Assembly: GCA_964507275.1 (NCBI GenBank) | Contig: CAZDPG010000001.1 | Coordinates: 276,577 to 340,576, forward strand | From: an uncultured Candidatus Saccharibacteria bacterium | GTDB lineage: Bacteria > Patescibacteriota > Minisyncoccia > Phycocordibacterales > Phycocordibacteraceae | Direction of reading: 5' to 3' | Length of the DNA: 64,000 nt | In this document: in pieces, positions 1-9,692 of the stretch | Position numbering within the stretch: position 1 is the first letter of the stretch | Layout of the letters: each line of letters begins with the position of its first letter | Made by a program: the position numbers and the translations under genes | Notes under the pieces: model-generated | What the model was told of the DNA's origin: nothing | The model's input: the letters and a program-made list of their open reading frames with translations, nothing else | Databases searched by the model: none

Positions 1-690
1 CGGATCGACCTGCTCAGGCTCCTTCTGCACCTTATCAAGCCCATATTCAATGTAGGTTTTAAGAGGAAGAGGATCTGCCGCAGTATGGACGAAATCACAG
101 CCCCATATCTCCCACTCTTCGGGAGCTGCGGAAAGAAGACGGGTATAGTCAGTCGCTTCGACGATCTGCACGCCCGGGTACTGCGCATACATTTGCGCCT
201 CGATAATCCTGCGGAACCCAGCACGTGTCCAGATGAAAAAATGCACCTGTCCTTCGAGCGACGCAATCTCAAGCGACCACCACGGGCGTACGGCACCCTT
301 TATATACTTCTTGTACCACGTGGCTTCGCCCGGAGAAAGATGCATACCGGAAAGCACTGCTTCCATCGCAAGCGGCGTCTTGACGATATTGCGTGGTGGA
401 CGAATCTCGAGCAGAACTGTTTTCTGCGCGGCGATAAATTCTGAGCGTCGCAGGATAACCCAGAGCGTCCATGCACCAGTGATAAGCATGAGCGGTAGCC
501 ACACCGGAGCAAGAAAGAGAGACAGGGAGAGCGCCATCGAGACAATGTCCGACATCATGACGAACGAGAGGATGAGGAGCGCGAGACCGAGCGCGAAGAT
601 CGGGCGCGGCGTGAGCCGGATGCCGAATTTATCCTTCATCTTCGTCACCTGTTTTTCTATCGCATGGAGGAACGGGAGCATAGGATGCAT
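1..690 (-). CDS. Conserved CPR membrane-anchored protein, partial (runs off the window start); resembles the N-terminal domain of the ATPase at 40370-43129
   Basis: Absent from the ORF track; manual translation gives MHPMLPFLHAIEKQ...two hydrophobic segments...LLEIRPPRNIVKTPLAMEAVLSGM...WWSLEIASLEGQVHFFIWTR...IEAQMYAQYPGVQIVE. The start may be ATG 681. Confidence 0.8.
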   Translation of the reverse strand, partial: MHPMLPFLHAIEKQVTKMKDKFGIRLTPRPIFALGLALLILSFVMMSDIVSMALSLSLFLAPVWLPLMLITGAWTLWVILRRSEFIAAQKTVLLEIRPPRNIVKTPLAMEAVLSGMHLSPGEATWYKKYIKGAVRPWWSLEIASLEGQVHFFIWTRAGFRRIIEAQMYAQYPGVQIVEATDYTRLLSAAPEEWEIWGCDFVHTAADPLPLKTYIEYGLDKVQKEPEQVDP

Positions 691-704
691 AAAGTATAGC
701 AATA

Positions 705-744
705 AAACAGAACGGGCTCGTCCAAAGACGAGCCCGTTCTGTTT
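705..744 (-). terminator. Intrinsic terminator-like hairpin
   Basis: Perfect 18-bp inverted repeat aaacagaacgggctcgtc-caaa-gacgagcccgttctgttt just downstream of the 755-1843 stop. Confidence 0.75.
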
Positions 745-754
745 ATAGAGAAAC

Positions 755-1843
755 TTAGACTGCGGCGTACCGGCCGTCTTTCATCCGCTTGAAATACCGA
801 GGATCATTAAGATTCACGAGGATGGTATTGTCTTTCACGAAACGAGCAACCTTCACCTGCTTTATAATTTCCTCCTTCTTCATCGGACCATGTTCTTCGA
901 GCGCCTCGCGAATGACGTCGCGCACGACACCTGGCTTATAGCCCCATTCCGTAAGTGCGTAGAGACCGCGACCGACGAGCACGAAACGCGGATCCTTTAT
1001 GAGCTCGTTATGCGTGGTGGCGATATGTGCCTTCTTGGAGAAAAGCGAACCGATTGCTTTCGCGACATCAGAGAAGTGCATTGGCGATCCATGACGCTTG
1101 ATAGCGAGATACGCATAGTCGCGGATGCCCTTGATTCGGATTGCCGGTGCGGTTGCACGTCCCCACTGTGCGAGCGGATTGCTACCAATATGCTTGGAGA
1201 GCGAGAGCCAACGCTTCAGAACCTCTTCGTTCTTATACGCATCATTAATGCCCTTGAGTTCTTCGAGGAACCGGTCGAGGACTTCCCCTTCGGATACGAC
1301 TTCCTCGTCAGGAAGCGACGCATACAACCGTGACAGAGCATCGTGGATATTCTTGGCCGTGGCAGAATCAACATGCCAGCGAGAGAGAAAATCATTCGTT
1401 TCGCGCTCGCGGAAGAATGCAGAATCAAGTACGAGCAGGAAACGGAAACGATTCCGGCTCTTCTCATCTTTCCCGAGCACGGAAAGAAGCTCGTCCTCAG
1501 GCACGATAGCGCCGAGCGAATGGATGAACGCCGCAAGCTCTTCAAATGCTGATTTTGATTCCTTGAAGATTTTGCTTGCGCGTACCGCGTCAAGACCAGC
1601 AGCTTCAATCTGACGAACACGTTCACGGGTAATACTGGAGCGATCGCCAATAGCCTCAAGCGTCTCGCGCTTCACATTGGTACCGAGACCGAAACGGCGA
1701 GTCAGAACTTCGCGAGCGCGCTCTGGCGCGGCGGAAAGAAGGCGTTTTACGAGTGCGACACTATCGAAAGAAAATGAGGCAGAAGCAGGTGCTTTTGCCG
1801 ATCCGCGCTTTTTTGTCGCTTTCGTCTCCTTGGCCTTTGTCAT
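755..1843 (-). CDS. Sigma-70 region 4 HTH plus winged-helix (HARE-HTH/RNAP delta-like) protein
   Basis: REVLTRRFGL...TLEAIG...ITRERVRQIE is a sigma region 4 motif; C-terminal HNELIKDPRFVLVGRGLYALTEWG; no sigma region 2 seen. Confidence 0.75.
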   Translation of the reverse strand: MTKAKETKATKKRGSAKAPASASFSFDSVALVKRLLSAAPERAREVLTRRFGLGTNVKRETLEAIGDRSSITRERVRQIEAAGLDAVRASKIFKESKSAFEELAAFIHSLGAIVPEDELLSVLGKDEKSRNRFRFLLVLDSAFFRERETNDFLSRWHVDSATAKNIHDALSRLYASLPDEEVVSEGEVLDRFLEELKGINDAYKNEEVLKRWLSLSKHIGSNPLAQWGRATAPAIRIKGIRDYAYLAIKRHGSPMHFSDVAKAIGSLFSKKAHIATTHNELIKDPRFVLVGRGLYALTEWGYKPGVVRDVIREALEEHGPMKKEEIIKQVKVARFVKDNTILVNLNDPRYFKRMKDGRYAAV

Positions 1844-1890
1844 GTGGTATAATTTATAACAAACCCCCTATAATAAGTCAACACGTCAGG

Positions 1891-4725
1891 CTATACCACG
1901 AAGTTTATGACTTTCCCTGGTACATACACGACCCGTTTCTCCTCCTTTCCTCCTAGGACAGCCACCACCGTGGGAATGGCTCGCGCCTCCGCAGATACTA
2001 CTTCCTCGGGAGTATCAGCAGCAAGCGAGAGGGTTCCGCGCCGCTTGCCATTCACCTGTACCGTCACCTCTACCGTACTTGAGGCAAGCAGACTCGCGTC
2101 GTACATAGGCCACACCTGCGCATGGACACTCCCCTCCCCTCCGATCTCCTCCCAAAGATGCTCGGCAAGATGCGGGGCGAATGGTGCAAGCAGGATGCAG
2201 AGAGACGCGAGTGCTGATTTCGGTAGCGACGAGACAGCTTCGAGTTCATTCAGAAGAATCATGAGCGCCGCAACCCCTGTATTAAATTTGAATCGATCAC
2301 CGTCTTCAGTAATCTTCAGATTCGCGCGGGCGAATGCCTGATCGAGCCCTTCCGGCATGACCGCGCTCTCGTTCGCACGATCAAAGAGTCGCGCGATGCG
2401 CTCAAGAAACTTTCGCATCGAAGCGACACCATCAATATTCCACGGATAACTTCCCGGCTCATTATACGGACCGATGAAAGCGAGATAGACGCGCACGGCA
2501 TCCGCGCCATACTCCTGCACGAAATCGTCTGGGTTCACGACGTTCCCTTTCGACTTACTCATCTTCTGTCCATCGGGGCCCATGATGAGCCCCCGATTGA
2601 AACGCTCAACGAACGGCTCATCGACCGGTACGAGCGCAAGATCGTAGAGCGCCTGTGTAAAGAATCGCGCATACAGGAGGTGCATCGTCGTGTGTTCGCT
2701 TCCGCCTGAATAACGATTAACGGGCATCCATTTCTTCATCAGTGCCGCATCCGAGAACTGGTGGGCACCCTTGGGGTCGAGATAGCGGAGGAAATACCAT
2801 GAAGAATCAACGAACGTGTCGAGTGTGTCGTATTCCGGCGTCCATCCCTCCCCAAAGATTCGAGTCACGCGTTCTTTCAACTCCTGCGAGGATGCGAGTG
2901 GAGCTTCACCCGTCGGAGTGAAATCAACATCGGTCGGGAGAAGCCAGGGCAGATGTTCGGCCGGAATGACATGCGGATGCCCGTCAGGATCGTAGACGAT
3001 TGGGATCGGGCAGCCCCAATAACGCTGGCGGGAGACGAGCCAATCGCGCAGACGATACTGCGTCGCCTTCTCGCCACCCGCGAATGCGATGATGTCCCAT
3101 TTCGCTTCTGCGCTCTGCCGACCAGTAAATTCGCCCGAGTCGATAAGAACTCCGTCATTCGTATACGCGCCATCTAATCCTGAGAGTCTCGTGAGCCAGA
3201 TATCCATCTCCGCGTGAGTCATTGAAGTGGCTGTTAGGTCTTTCATATCCGCCCATACGACCTCATGTGCCTCATCCTCATCCTTTGCGAGAGGAAGGCA
3301 CTCATCATCAGCAAGATCGAATGTAACAAGCGAGGTATAGGAGACGCGATTCTCATCCTTATGGGCTGCGAAATACTCAGCACGCACCTGCCCTCCCCAC
3401 ACCTTGCCGTTTGTGAGGTTCTGATATCCAGTTTCCTCGGCGACTTCACGACGGGCCGCCTCGATAAGTGTCTCCCCCGATTCAACGCCTCCCATCGGGA
3501 ACGTCGTCCATGCGTGCTTTTTCCATTTCAATATCAAGACTTTCCCGTCTTTTGGATTGCGGACAATGACATGCACATTTCGTCGTTCGACTGCCTTCTT
3601 CCCCTCTACCGGAGGATTTCTCTTATCGACACGTACCGGAACGACAACTTCCTTGATGGATAATTGCATTTTCTGTGCAAATGCAAAATCACGGTCGTCG
3701 TGTGCTGGGACGGCCATGACTGCGCCCGTACCATACGACGCGAGCACATAATCCGCGACATACACTGGTATCTCCTCTTTCGTTGCTGGGTTGATGGCAG
3801 TGACGCCCTCAAGTCTGACGCCGGTCTTCTCTTTATTCTCGCTACGCTCGCGTTCGGTCTTCTTCGCGGTCGCCACGACATACGCCGCGACGGCGTCCCC
3901 ATTTGAGATTATGTCAGCGAGCTTCGTGACGAGCTTGTGTTCAGGCGCAAGCACGACATAGGTCGCGCCAAAGACCGTATCGGGACGGGTCGTGAAGATT
4001 TTGATCGACTCGTCAGACCCTACGAGAGCGAAGTATAGGTACGCGCCCTCTGACTTACCGATCCATGCGCGCTGCGCTTCTTTTATTTCCGTGCGCCACG
4101 GAAGCTTATCGAGACCGTTCAAGAGACGCTCGGCGTAATCAGTAATCTTCAGAAACCACTGTGTGAGATTTTTCTCAACGACTTCAGTACCACACCGCTC
4201 GCAGCAACCATCCTGCACCTGCTCGTTCGCAAGTACGGTCTGGTCCTTAGGACACCACTTCACGGCAGCAAGGCGATGCTCAGCAAGCTTGTGCTCGAAA
4301 AGCTTCGTGAAGAGCCACTGTGTCCACTGGTAATACGAAGGGTCGCAGGCAATCACCTCCTTGCTCCAGTCGAAGGAAGCACCCATGCTCTTCAGTTGGG
4401 TGCGCATACGCTCGATATTCTTATACGTCCATTCTTTCGGATCGACACCATGCTTGATTGCCGCATTCTCCGCTGGCAGACCGAAGGCATCGAAACCTAT
4501 AGGGAAAAGCACGTTCTCCCCGCGAAGCCGGAGCATGCGCGCGTAGATGTCAGTTACCGCGAAGGCATACCAATGCCCGGTGTGCAGGTCGCCCGAAGGA
4601 TACGGGAATTCGACAAGGAGGTAATACGGTTTCTTCGCATCGTCCGAAAGGTCAGTACGATACAGATCGAGTTCAGCCCATTTCTCCTGAGCTTTCTTCT
4701 CTACGTCACGATGATCGTACGCCAT
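1891..4725 (-). CDS. leuS: Leucine--tRNA ligase with an inserted NUDIX domain
   Basis: FPYPSGDLHTGH, FTTRPDT, GTGAVMAVPAHD, DWLVSRQRYWG, KMSKS; internal Nudix box GGVESGETLIEAARREVAEETG. Confidence 0.97.
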   Translation of the reverse strand: MAYDHRDVEKKAQEKWAELDLYRTDLSDDAKKPYYLLVEFPYPSGDLHTGHWYAFAVTDIYARMLRLRGENVLFPIGFDAFGLPAENAAIKHGVDPKEWTYKNIERMRTQLKSMGASFDWSKEVIACDPSYYQWTQWLFTKLFEHKLAEHRLAAVKWCPKDQTVLANEQVQDGCCERCGTEVVEKNLTQWFLKITDYAERLLNGLDKLPWRTEIKEAQRAWIGKSEGAYLYFALVGSDESIKIFTTRPDTVFGATYVVLAPEHKLVTKLADIISNGDAVAAYVVATAKKTERERSENKEKTGVRLEGVTAINPATKEEIPVYVADYVLASYGTGAVMAVPAHDDRDFAFAQKMQLSIKEVVVPVRVDKRNPPVEGKKAVERRNVHVIVRNPKDGKVLILKWKKHAWTTFPMGGVESGETLIEAARREVAEETGYQNLTNGKVWGGQVRAEYFAAHKDENRVSYTSLVTFDLADDECLPLAKDEDEAHEVVWADMKDLTATSMTHAEMDIWLTRLSGLDGAYTNDGVLIDSGEFTGRQSAEAKWDIIAFAGGEKATQYRLRDWLVSRQRYWGCPIPIVYDPDGHPHVIPAEHLPWLLPTDVDFTPTGEAPLASSQELKERVTRIFGEGWTPEYDTLDTFVDSSWYFLRYLDPKGAHQFSDAALMKKWMPVNRYSGGSEHTTMHLLYARFFTQALYDLALVPVDEPFVERFNRGLIMGPDGQKMSKSKGNVVNPDDFVQEYGADAVRVYLAFIGPYNEPGSYPWNIDGVASMRKFLERIARLFDRANESAVMPEGLDQAFARANLKITEDGDRFKFNTGVAALMILLNELEAVSSLPKSALASLCILLAPFAPHLAEHLWEEIGGEGSVHAQVWPMYDASLLASSTVEVTVQVNGKRRGTLSLAADTPEEVVSAEARAIPTVVAVLGGKEEKRVVYVPGKVINFVV

Positions 4726-4749
4726 AATCCGAACCGAGGATACTCCTCG

Positions 4750-5298
4750 TTAGTCGCGGAAGCGGCGCCAGCCGATATAGAGCAACGCAATGAGACCGAC
4801 CGTAGCAATACCGAGTCTGATCCAATTTCCTGCCGTACCCCAGTACTCTGCCGAACCAATAACGAAGGCGAGCACGCCACCATACGAAAGACCGGAAGAG
4901 ACAATCGATGAACCAATCGGCATGAGTCCTGCAACAAGAGCGAGGATACCGAGACCGACCGTAAGCACAAAGGCATAGAGCGCGTGCTGATCATTTGCAG
5001 CCTGGAATGGCTTCTGGCACTTCGCATACATGTCGCAGTACCCGGTCGTCTTCGGAGACGAAGGATCAACGCGTTCCAATGCAGGAGAGTATTCCGTCCA
5101 AACGCCGCCTTCAGCGTCGCAGGTCGGAGCATCGGTCGGCGACACCTTGAGCTGAGCCGGGCAGAAGTCTTCGTACTTCGGCGCAGGATACGCAAGTGCG
5201 AGCACAACGGAGAAGAAGATATTAAGAATAACGACAATACCGATCATGAGCGCCCAGCGGACGAACTTCGGATGCTGTTGTGTGGTTGGTGTTTCCAT
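4750..5298 (-). CDS. Hypothetical membrane protein (about 4 TM, Cys-containing external loop)
   Basis: 182-aa ORF with hydrophobic segments; TGGTATAAT 8 nt upstream of ATG. Confidence 0.8.
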   Translation of the reverse strand: METPTTQQHPKFVRWALMIGIVVILNIFFSVVLALAYPAPKYEDFCPAQLKVSPTDAPTCDAEGGVWTEYSPALERVDPSSPKTTGYCDMYAKCQKPFQAANDQHALYAFVLTVGLGILALVAGLMPIGSSIVSSGLSYGGVLAFVIGSAEYWGTAGNWIRLGIATVGLIALLYIGWRRFRD

Positions 5299-5330
5299 AG
5301 ACGTGCATTATACCACGTGCAAAAACAGAA

Positions 5331-5354
5331 GTCCCCGCACCGAAGTGCAGGGAC
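5331..5354 (-). terminator. Terminator-like hairpin
   Basis: gtccccgcac-cgaa-gtgcagggac followed by a T-rich run on the minus strand. Confidence 0.55.
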
Positions 5355-5375
5355 GAAACGAAACTTAGGATTGGC

Positions 5376-5912
5376 TTAGCGACTCGGGATGGGGATTGGC
5401 TCAGGCTCGGGCAAAAGCGAATTGAGCCCTTGCAACCCTTTCTCTAGCCACTCGCGCACCTTGCTCTTCCCAGGTGGTCGCGGAATACAGGCGGAGAAGT
5501 ATATCCTCGCCAAGACGCTGACTGTCCATGCACAGAACCAGATCTGTTCGTGCGCAGAGCCGACCTCCATCAGAAAGATGCTGAACCCCAGGAAACTACT
5601 GTAGAGTACGAGTGACATGATGCGCACCGTACAGGAGTGGTTGATATTGTGCCGCAACTCTTGACGAGCCAGGAAAGCCCTCTCTTCGGACTCGATCTCG
5701 CGAATCATGAAGATGCATGAGAACGAAAACACCAGAGCGATTAGCGCAACAGCTGGTACCAACGTCTCAATCGCGAACATCCAGTATGCCGCTCCTGCGG
5801 CTACGATTAACCACTTCTCGATCCTGAATTTCGTGAACCCAGTTAACCGCTGGAACGTGTCGCAAAGCTTCTGCGCCTTGCCCAAGAGAAAACTATCCAT
5901 ACGCGCAAGCAT
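5376..5912 (-). CDS. Hypothetical membrane protein
   Basis: About 4 hydrophobic segments; SD AAGGAG upstream; own promoter at 5988-6015. Confidence 0.7.
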   Translation of the reverse strand: MLARMDSFLLGKAQKLCDTFQRLTGFTKFRIEKWLIVAAGAAYWMFAIETLVPAVALIALVFSFSCIFMIREIESEERAFLARQELRHNINHSCTVRIMSLVLYSSFLGFSIFLMEVGSAHEQIWFCAWTVSVLARIYFSACIPRPPGKSKVREWLEKGLQGLNSLLPEPEPIPIPSR

Positions 5913-5987
5913 GATCTGCACTCCTTTACTGTTGTTGATGTGCGGAAAGGAACTGCACCCTGTTTAAAGGTGCTTCAACTGGACATG

Positions 5988-6015
5988 AGTATACAAAGAA
6001 TTGTTGATTCGTCAA
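5988..6015 (-). promoter_or_regulatory. Sigma70-type promoter TTGACG-N16-TATACT
   Basis: Reverse complement of 5988-6015, upstream of the 5376-5912 gene. Confidence 0.65.
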
Positions 6016-7113
6016 CTACCCGTGCAAAAACACCATAACATCGCCATCCTTCACGACGTACTCCTTCCCTTCGACACGCACCATACCTTTCTCGCGAGCG
6101 GCGGCGTAGGAGCCGAGCTCAAGGAGCTTGTTCCATTCGATGACTTCGGCACGAATGAACTTCTCCAAGAAATCGTTGTGAATCGCGGCACCGGCGACTG
6201 GCGCCGTACTGCCTTGGGAGATCGTCCAGGCGCGCGTCTCTACCTGACCCGTCGTGAAGAATGAGATGAGACCGAGCGTCTCATAGGCACCCCGGATGAG
6301 ATCGGCAAGACCGTCTTCGTTTACGCCGAGCTCCTGACGAAAACTCGTACGATCTTCATCAGCGACATCGTTCAGCTCGCGCTCGGTCGCGGCATCGACA
6401 AATACGTAGCGTCCGCCGAGCGTTTCGATAAGCTCATACGCCCGCTCTGCCCGCCCATCATTAGCTTCGTCGAGATTATGTCCGCCACTCTTCTTATTGA
6501 GTGCATACAGGATAGGCTTCATCGTGAGCAGGTTCAAGCTGGACACCAGTTTCTTTTCCTCATCCGTAAGTCCGGCATGAAGCGCGAGCTTCCCCGCAGC
6601 AAATCCCTGAGCCAGCTTCGCGAGCGCAGCGTCTTCAGCGACGGCATCCTTCACGCCAGCCTTGATGTCGCGTGCGAGCTTGTCGCGACGCTTACGCACC
6701 TGTTCAGCATCAGCAAGCGCAAGCTCCAAATTGATGATCTCGATATCCTTGTACGGTTCGATGTCGCCTTCGACATGATGCACCTCCGAATCGTCGAAAA
6801 AGCGCACGACCTGCAGTATTGCATCGGTCTCGCGTATATTCGCAAGGAATTGATTTCCGAGTCCTTCACCTTCTGCGGCACCCTTCACCAGGCCGGCGAT
6901 GTCGACGAACTCTATCGCTGCCGGGATTATCTTCTCGGTCTTCGAGAAGGCCGCGAGCTTGCCGAGACGCTCGTCTGGAACCCCGACGACACCGACCGAA
7001 GGATCGATGGTGCAGAACGGATAATTCTCCGCCGGCACAGAAGCTTTTGTGAGTGCATTAAAAAGCGTGGATTTCCCCACGTTCGGTAGACCGACGATTC
7101 CTATCTTAAGCAT
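6016..7113 (-). CDS. ychF: Redox-regulated ATPase YchF (Obg family)
   Basis: GIVGLPNVGKSTLFNALT, NYPFCTIDP, DIAGLVKGA, EGKEYVVKDGD. Confidence 0.97.
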   Translation of the reverse strand: MLKIGIVGLPNVGKSTLFNALTKASVPAENYPFCTIDPSVGVVGVPDERLGKLAAFSKTEKIIPAAIEFVDIAGLVKGAAEGEGLGNQFLANIRETDAILQVVRFFDDSEVHHVEGDIEPYKDIEIINLELALADAEQVRKRRDKLARDIKAGVKDAVAEDAALAKLAQGFAAGKLALHAGLTDEEKKLVSSLNLLTMKPILYALNKKSGGHNLDEANDGRAERAYELIETLGGRYVFVDAATERELNDVADEDRTSFRQELGVNEDGLADLIRGAYETLGLISFFTTGQVETRAWTISQGSTAPVAGAAIHNDFLEKFIRAEVIEWNKLLELGSYAAAREKGMVRVEGKEYVVKDGDVMVFLHG

Positions 7114-7200
7114 GTTACCCACTATTGCCTTTTTCTACTGAAACTTCAAGTTTCAAAGAAATGAAATTAGTGCATCGACCCAGTAACATTGTTATATAAA

Positions 7201-7235
7201 AACGAAAAGCCCACGAGAAGCTCATGGGCTTTCGT
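7201..7235 (-). terminator. Terminator-like hairpin
   Basis: acgaaaagcccacgag-aag-ctcatgggctttcgt downstream of the 7256 stop. Confidence 0.55.
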
Positions 7236-7255
7236 AGACTGGTGGAGCTACATCA

Positions 7256-7738
7256 TCAAGCGGCCTTCAAGAATCGTGGCCGGGTTTCTTCTTGCGCTAT
7301 GGTCTCGAGCCATTCATTGAGCCAGTTTCTCTGAGCCAGAGTTACCAGCCGCTTGTCGGCTCCAGGTTCGAAGATGCATTCACCGTGTTGGTTATAAGGA
7401 AGCCCAACGGTGAATTTCAACCATCCTGCCGCACAGGCCTTGTCGCATTCGTCAAAGCCCGTTATTTGCCTGACAGTTACATCATGTTGCGCGAATCTGA
7501 CCGGGATGAATTTTCCTTCAGGGTTAAGCCATCCATAGCAGAATACCAACATGCACGTTTTTTCCTTAGTTTCTTCATCGCCTTCCGCCATTTCTACGAT
7601 GCGATCCGGAAGAATATCGATGAAGCGGAGAAATACTTCGATGCGGTTCTCGTAGTTGTTAGCCAGGAACCTAGCGGACTGACCACCGCACATCCTCATC
7701 AGGGCGAGGATGTTAAAAAGCTGACTATTGAACGCCAT
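7256..7738 (-). CDS. Hypothetical protein
   Basis: ORF with SD AGGGAGG before ATG 7738 and a downstream hairpin. Confidence 0.6.
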   Translation of the reverse strand: MAFNSQLFNILALMRMCGGQSARFLANNYENRIEVFLRFIDILPDRIVEMAEGDEETKEKTCMLVFCYGWLNPEGKFIPVRFAQHDVTVRQITGFDECDKACAAGWLKFTVGLPYNQHGECIFEPGADKRLVTLAQRNWLNEWLETIAQEETRPRFLKAA

Positions 7739-7905
7739 GATACCCTCCCTCATCCATTGGTTGTCGACAAAAAGCAAAAATTGCACGCCGCCGACAAGAT
7801 ACTATACAAAGACAGGAATGTCTAACTAATGGTCAAAGATTTTCAGGTACGAAAAATTCGATAATGACTATCCCCAGCGTCATTGTTTTTTTATCTTAGA
7901 TGACT

Positions 7906-8076
7906 CTATATCACGACGACGGGTTTGCGCGGCTCACCTACTATGACATCTTCGATGATGACTGATGATTGTTGCTTCTTGCGGTTACGATAGTCCGGCG
8001 GCGGTAATATGATAGTGAAAGTAAATGGAATTCCCTTTCCTTTGCCTGGTCTAAAAAAATGGTTCATAGAGAACAT
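7906..8076 (-). CDS. Possible small hypothetical protein (56 aa)
   Basis: Manual translation MFSMNHFFRPGKGKGIPFTFTIILPPPDYRNRKKQQSSVIIEDVIVGEPRKPVVVI fills an otherwise empty gap; below the ORF-track cutoff. Confidence 0.3.
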   Translation of the reverse strand: MFSMNHFFRPGKGKGIPFTFTIILPPPDYRNRKKQQSSVIIEDVIVGEPRKPVVVI

Positions 8077-8166
8077 GCGGTACCTATCTTGAGCATAGTC
8101 TCAAACTACCCTGTCGGAAGAGAAAAAGGACGGGTTTGTGTATTGCTGGGGCAAAAAAACAACCGG

Positions 8167-8865
8167 CTATGCCGGCTGTTCAACGATGCCAAGTACACTG
8201 AGCGATGCTTCGAGAAGCAGATTCTGCAGGACCGCATCTACCTGAGACCGATTAGCGATGGTTCCTTTGTCGGTATCGGTCAGGATTCGATCAATCTCGT
8301 TCCCGAAATCCATCCAATACTTCCTGTTTCGCGCAGGGAGCCGACACGAGCAGTGGGCACTACCCGATTTCGAGAGAGACTCCGGACCAGGGTGACCACA
8401 TCGGCACGACATCACCCTAATAAGCCCGGCTTCCCTGAACCGCACGAACTGCCAGAGGTGCGATGCCGTAATCTGTTTGTCGAAGTGCCCGTCCGACGCA
8501 AACTTCTTAAGATGCGCGACGTACTCCTTCTGAAACAGCTCCTGGGCGATGACGAACGTGAAGACAGTGAGAAGCTTCTCGTTCTCGAACTGGTAGCAAC
8601 TTTGAACGTGCTCCTTCACTTTAGTGAACACCTGGAAGAAGGCATGCCCCGCGAGACTTTTGAACCTGGACCTGAGAAACCCCTCCGGCTGGATGAACAT
8701 CCCTTTGATGAAAGTCTTCGGGACGAACTGAACCATGCTCGCGCTCGACATCCAATTCTGGATAGACATTTGAGACATCTCCAACATGCTGGCGGCAAGG
8801 CTCAAGCGCAACCCAGTCCGGAAAAGCAGGTAAATCAACAATTCACTTCCTAGATTCTTTTTCAT
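8167..8865 (-). CDS. Hypothetical protein, possible N-terminal HTH and Cys/His cluster
   Basis: LSLAASMLEMSQMSIQNW looks HTH-like; CRCGH...HCSC; SD AAGGGG. Confidence 0.6.
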   Translation of the reverse strand: MKKNLGSELLIYLLFRTGLRLSLAASMLEMSQMSIQNWMSSASMVQFVPKTFIKGMFIQPEGFLRSRFKSLAGHAFFQVFTKVKEHVQSCYQFENEKLLTVFTFVIAQELFQKEYVAHLKKFASDGHFDKQITASHLWQFVRFREAGLIRVMSCRCGHPGPESLSKSGSAHCSCRLPARNRKYWMDFGNEIDRILTDTDKGTIANRSQVDAVLQNLLLEASLSVLGIVEQPA

Positions 8866-8944
8866 TATTGTCCCCTTGGTTGTGAAAAAACAGACCGGCG
8901 ACAGTCTACCCCACTAGCCCAGAGATAAGCAAGACGTTAGAGGA

Positions 8945-9451
8945 TCATCCTCGCGGATGAGCAAGCATGCGCACATAGTAGAGGATGCCGTAGAAAATGG
9001 CCGTTGCGACGATGAAGAATGCCACTGTCGCTCCGAACGAGAGCGAAGGTATCCAACCGAGCGTGAGATAGGCAAGGAACCACCACGCAGTGAACGCTAT
9101 CGCAGAACCGAACGCGAACGAGATGCGATGGCGCGAGAGTGCCCACGATACGTAAATGATGAGGAGAGCGAACAATACGAGCGTCCAATAGCTTGGCATG
9201 AGCGCCGGCTGGACGGTCTCGTGCGACAGATATGCCACGATGACGAGAGCGAACGAAGCGAGGAGCAGGAGCGTCATACCGAAATGAAGTCCATGAGCGA
9301 TGATGCGTAGGTGCACGCGCTCAGCATGGTCTATCTTGCCATCGCGGATTGCACGGAGATACGCAAGCTCGCCCCAGACGGTCGTGCCGGCACCGATGAG
9401 CGCGCCGAGCGCTTGGCAGAACACGATGAAAGCAATAAGTGTTGTCGTCAT
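8945..9451 (-). CDS. Hypothetical membrane protein
   Basis: About 5 hydrophobic segments; 4 nt from the neighbouring gene. Confidence 0.8.
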   Translation of the reverse strand: MTTTLIAFIVFCQALGALIGAGTTVWGELAYLRAIRDGKIDHAERVHLRIIAHGLHFGMTLLLLASFALVIVAYLSHETVQPALMPSYWTLVLFALLIIYVSWALSRHRISFAFGSAIAFTAWWFLAYLTLGWIPSLSFGATVAFFIVATAIFYGILYYVRMLAHPRG

Positions 9452-9455
9452 GGCA

Positions 9456-9686
9456 TCATTTCTGCATGAGTTCTGCGAGCTCGACGCGGTACTTCTTCAT
9501 CACGTCCATCGACGCTTTCATCTCACTTTCGCCACCTTTCTTCCGGCGCTCAATCTCTTCACCAATCTTTTTGAAAAGATCTGGATTCTTCACAATGAGT
9601 GCTGTCATTTGCTCGCGCTGTGCCTCCGGCATATCCTTCAGCTTCCACTTCGCGTATTGATTGAGAACAAAGCTCTGGACAGACAT
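9456..9686 (-). CDS. Small hypothetical helical protein
   Basis: 76-aa ORF tightly packed between co-oriented genes. Confidence 0.75.
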   Translation of the reverse strand: MSVQSFVLNQYAKWKLKDMPEAQREQMTALIVKNPDLFKKIGEEIERRKKGGESEMKASMDVMKKYRVELAELMQK

Positions 9687-9692
9687 AGGAAA

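Noticed and set aside
3180-3640. Intein or intron in leuS
   Set aside because: There are no Cys/Ser-start or His-Asn-end splicing motifs, and the insert is an in-frame Nudix fold
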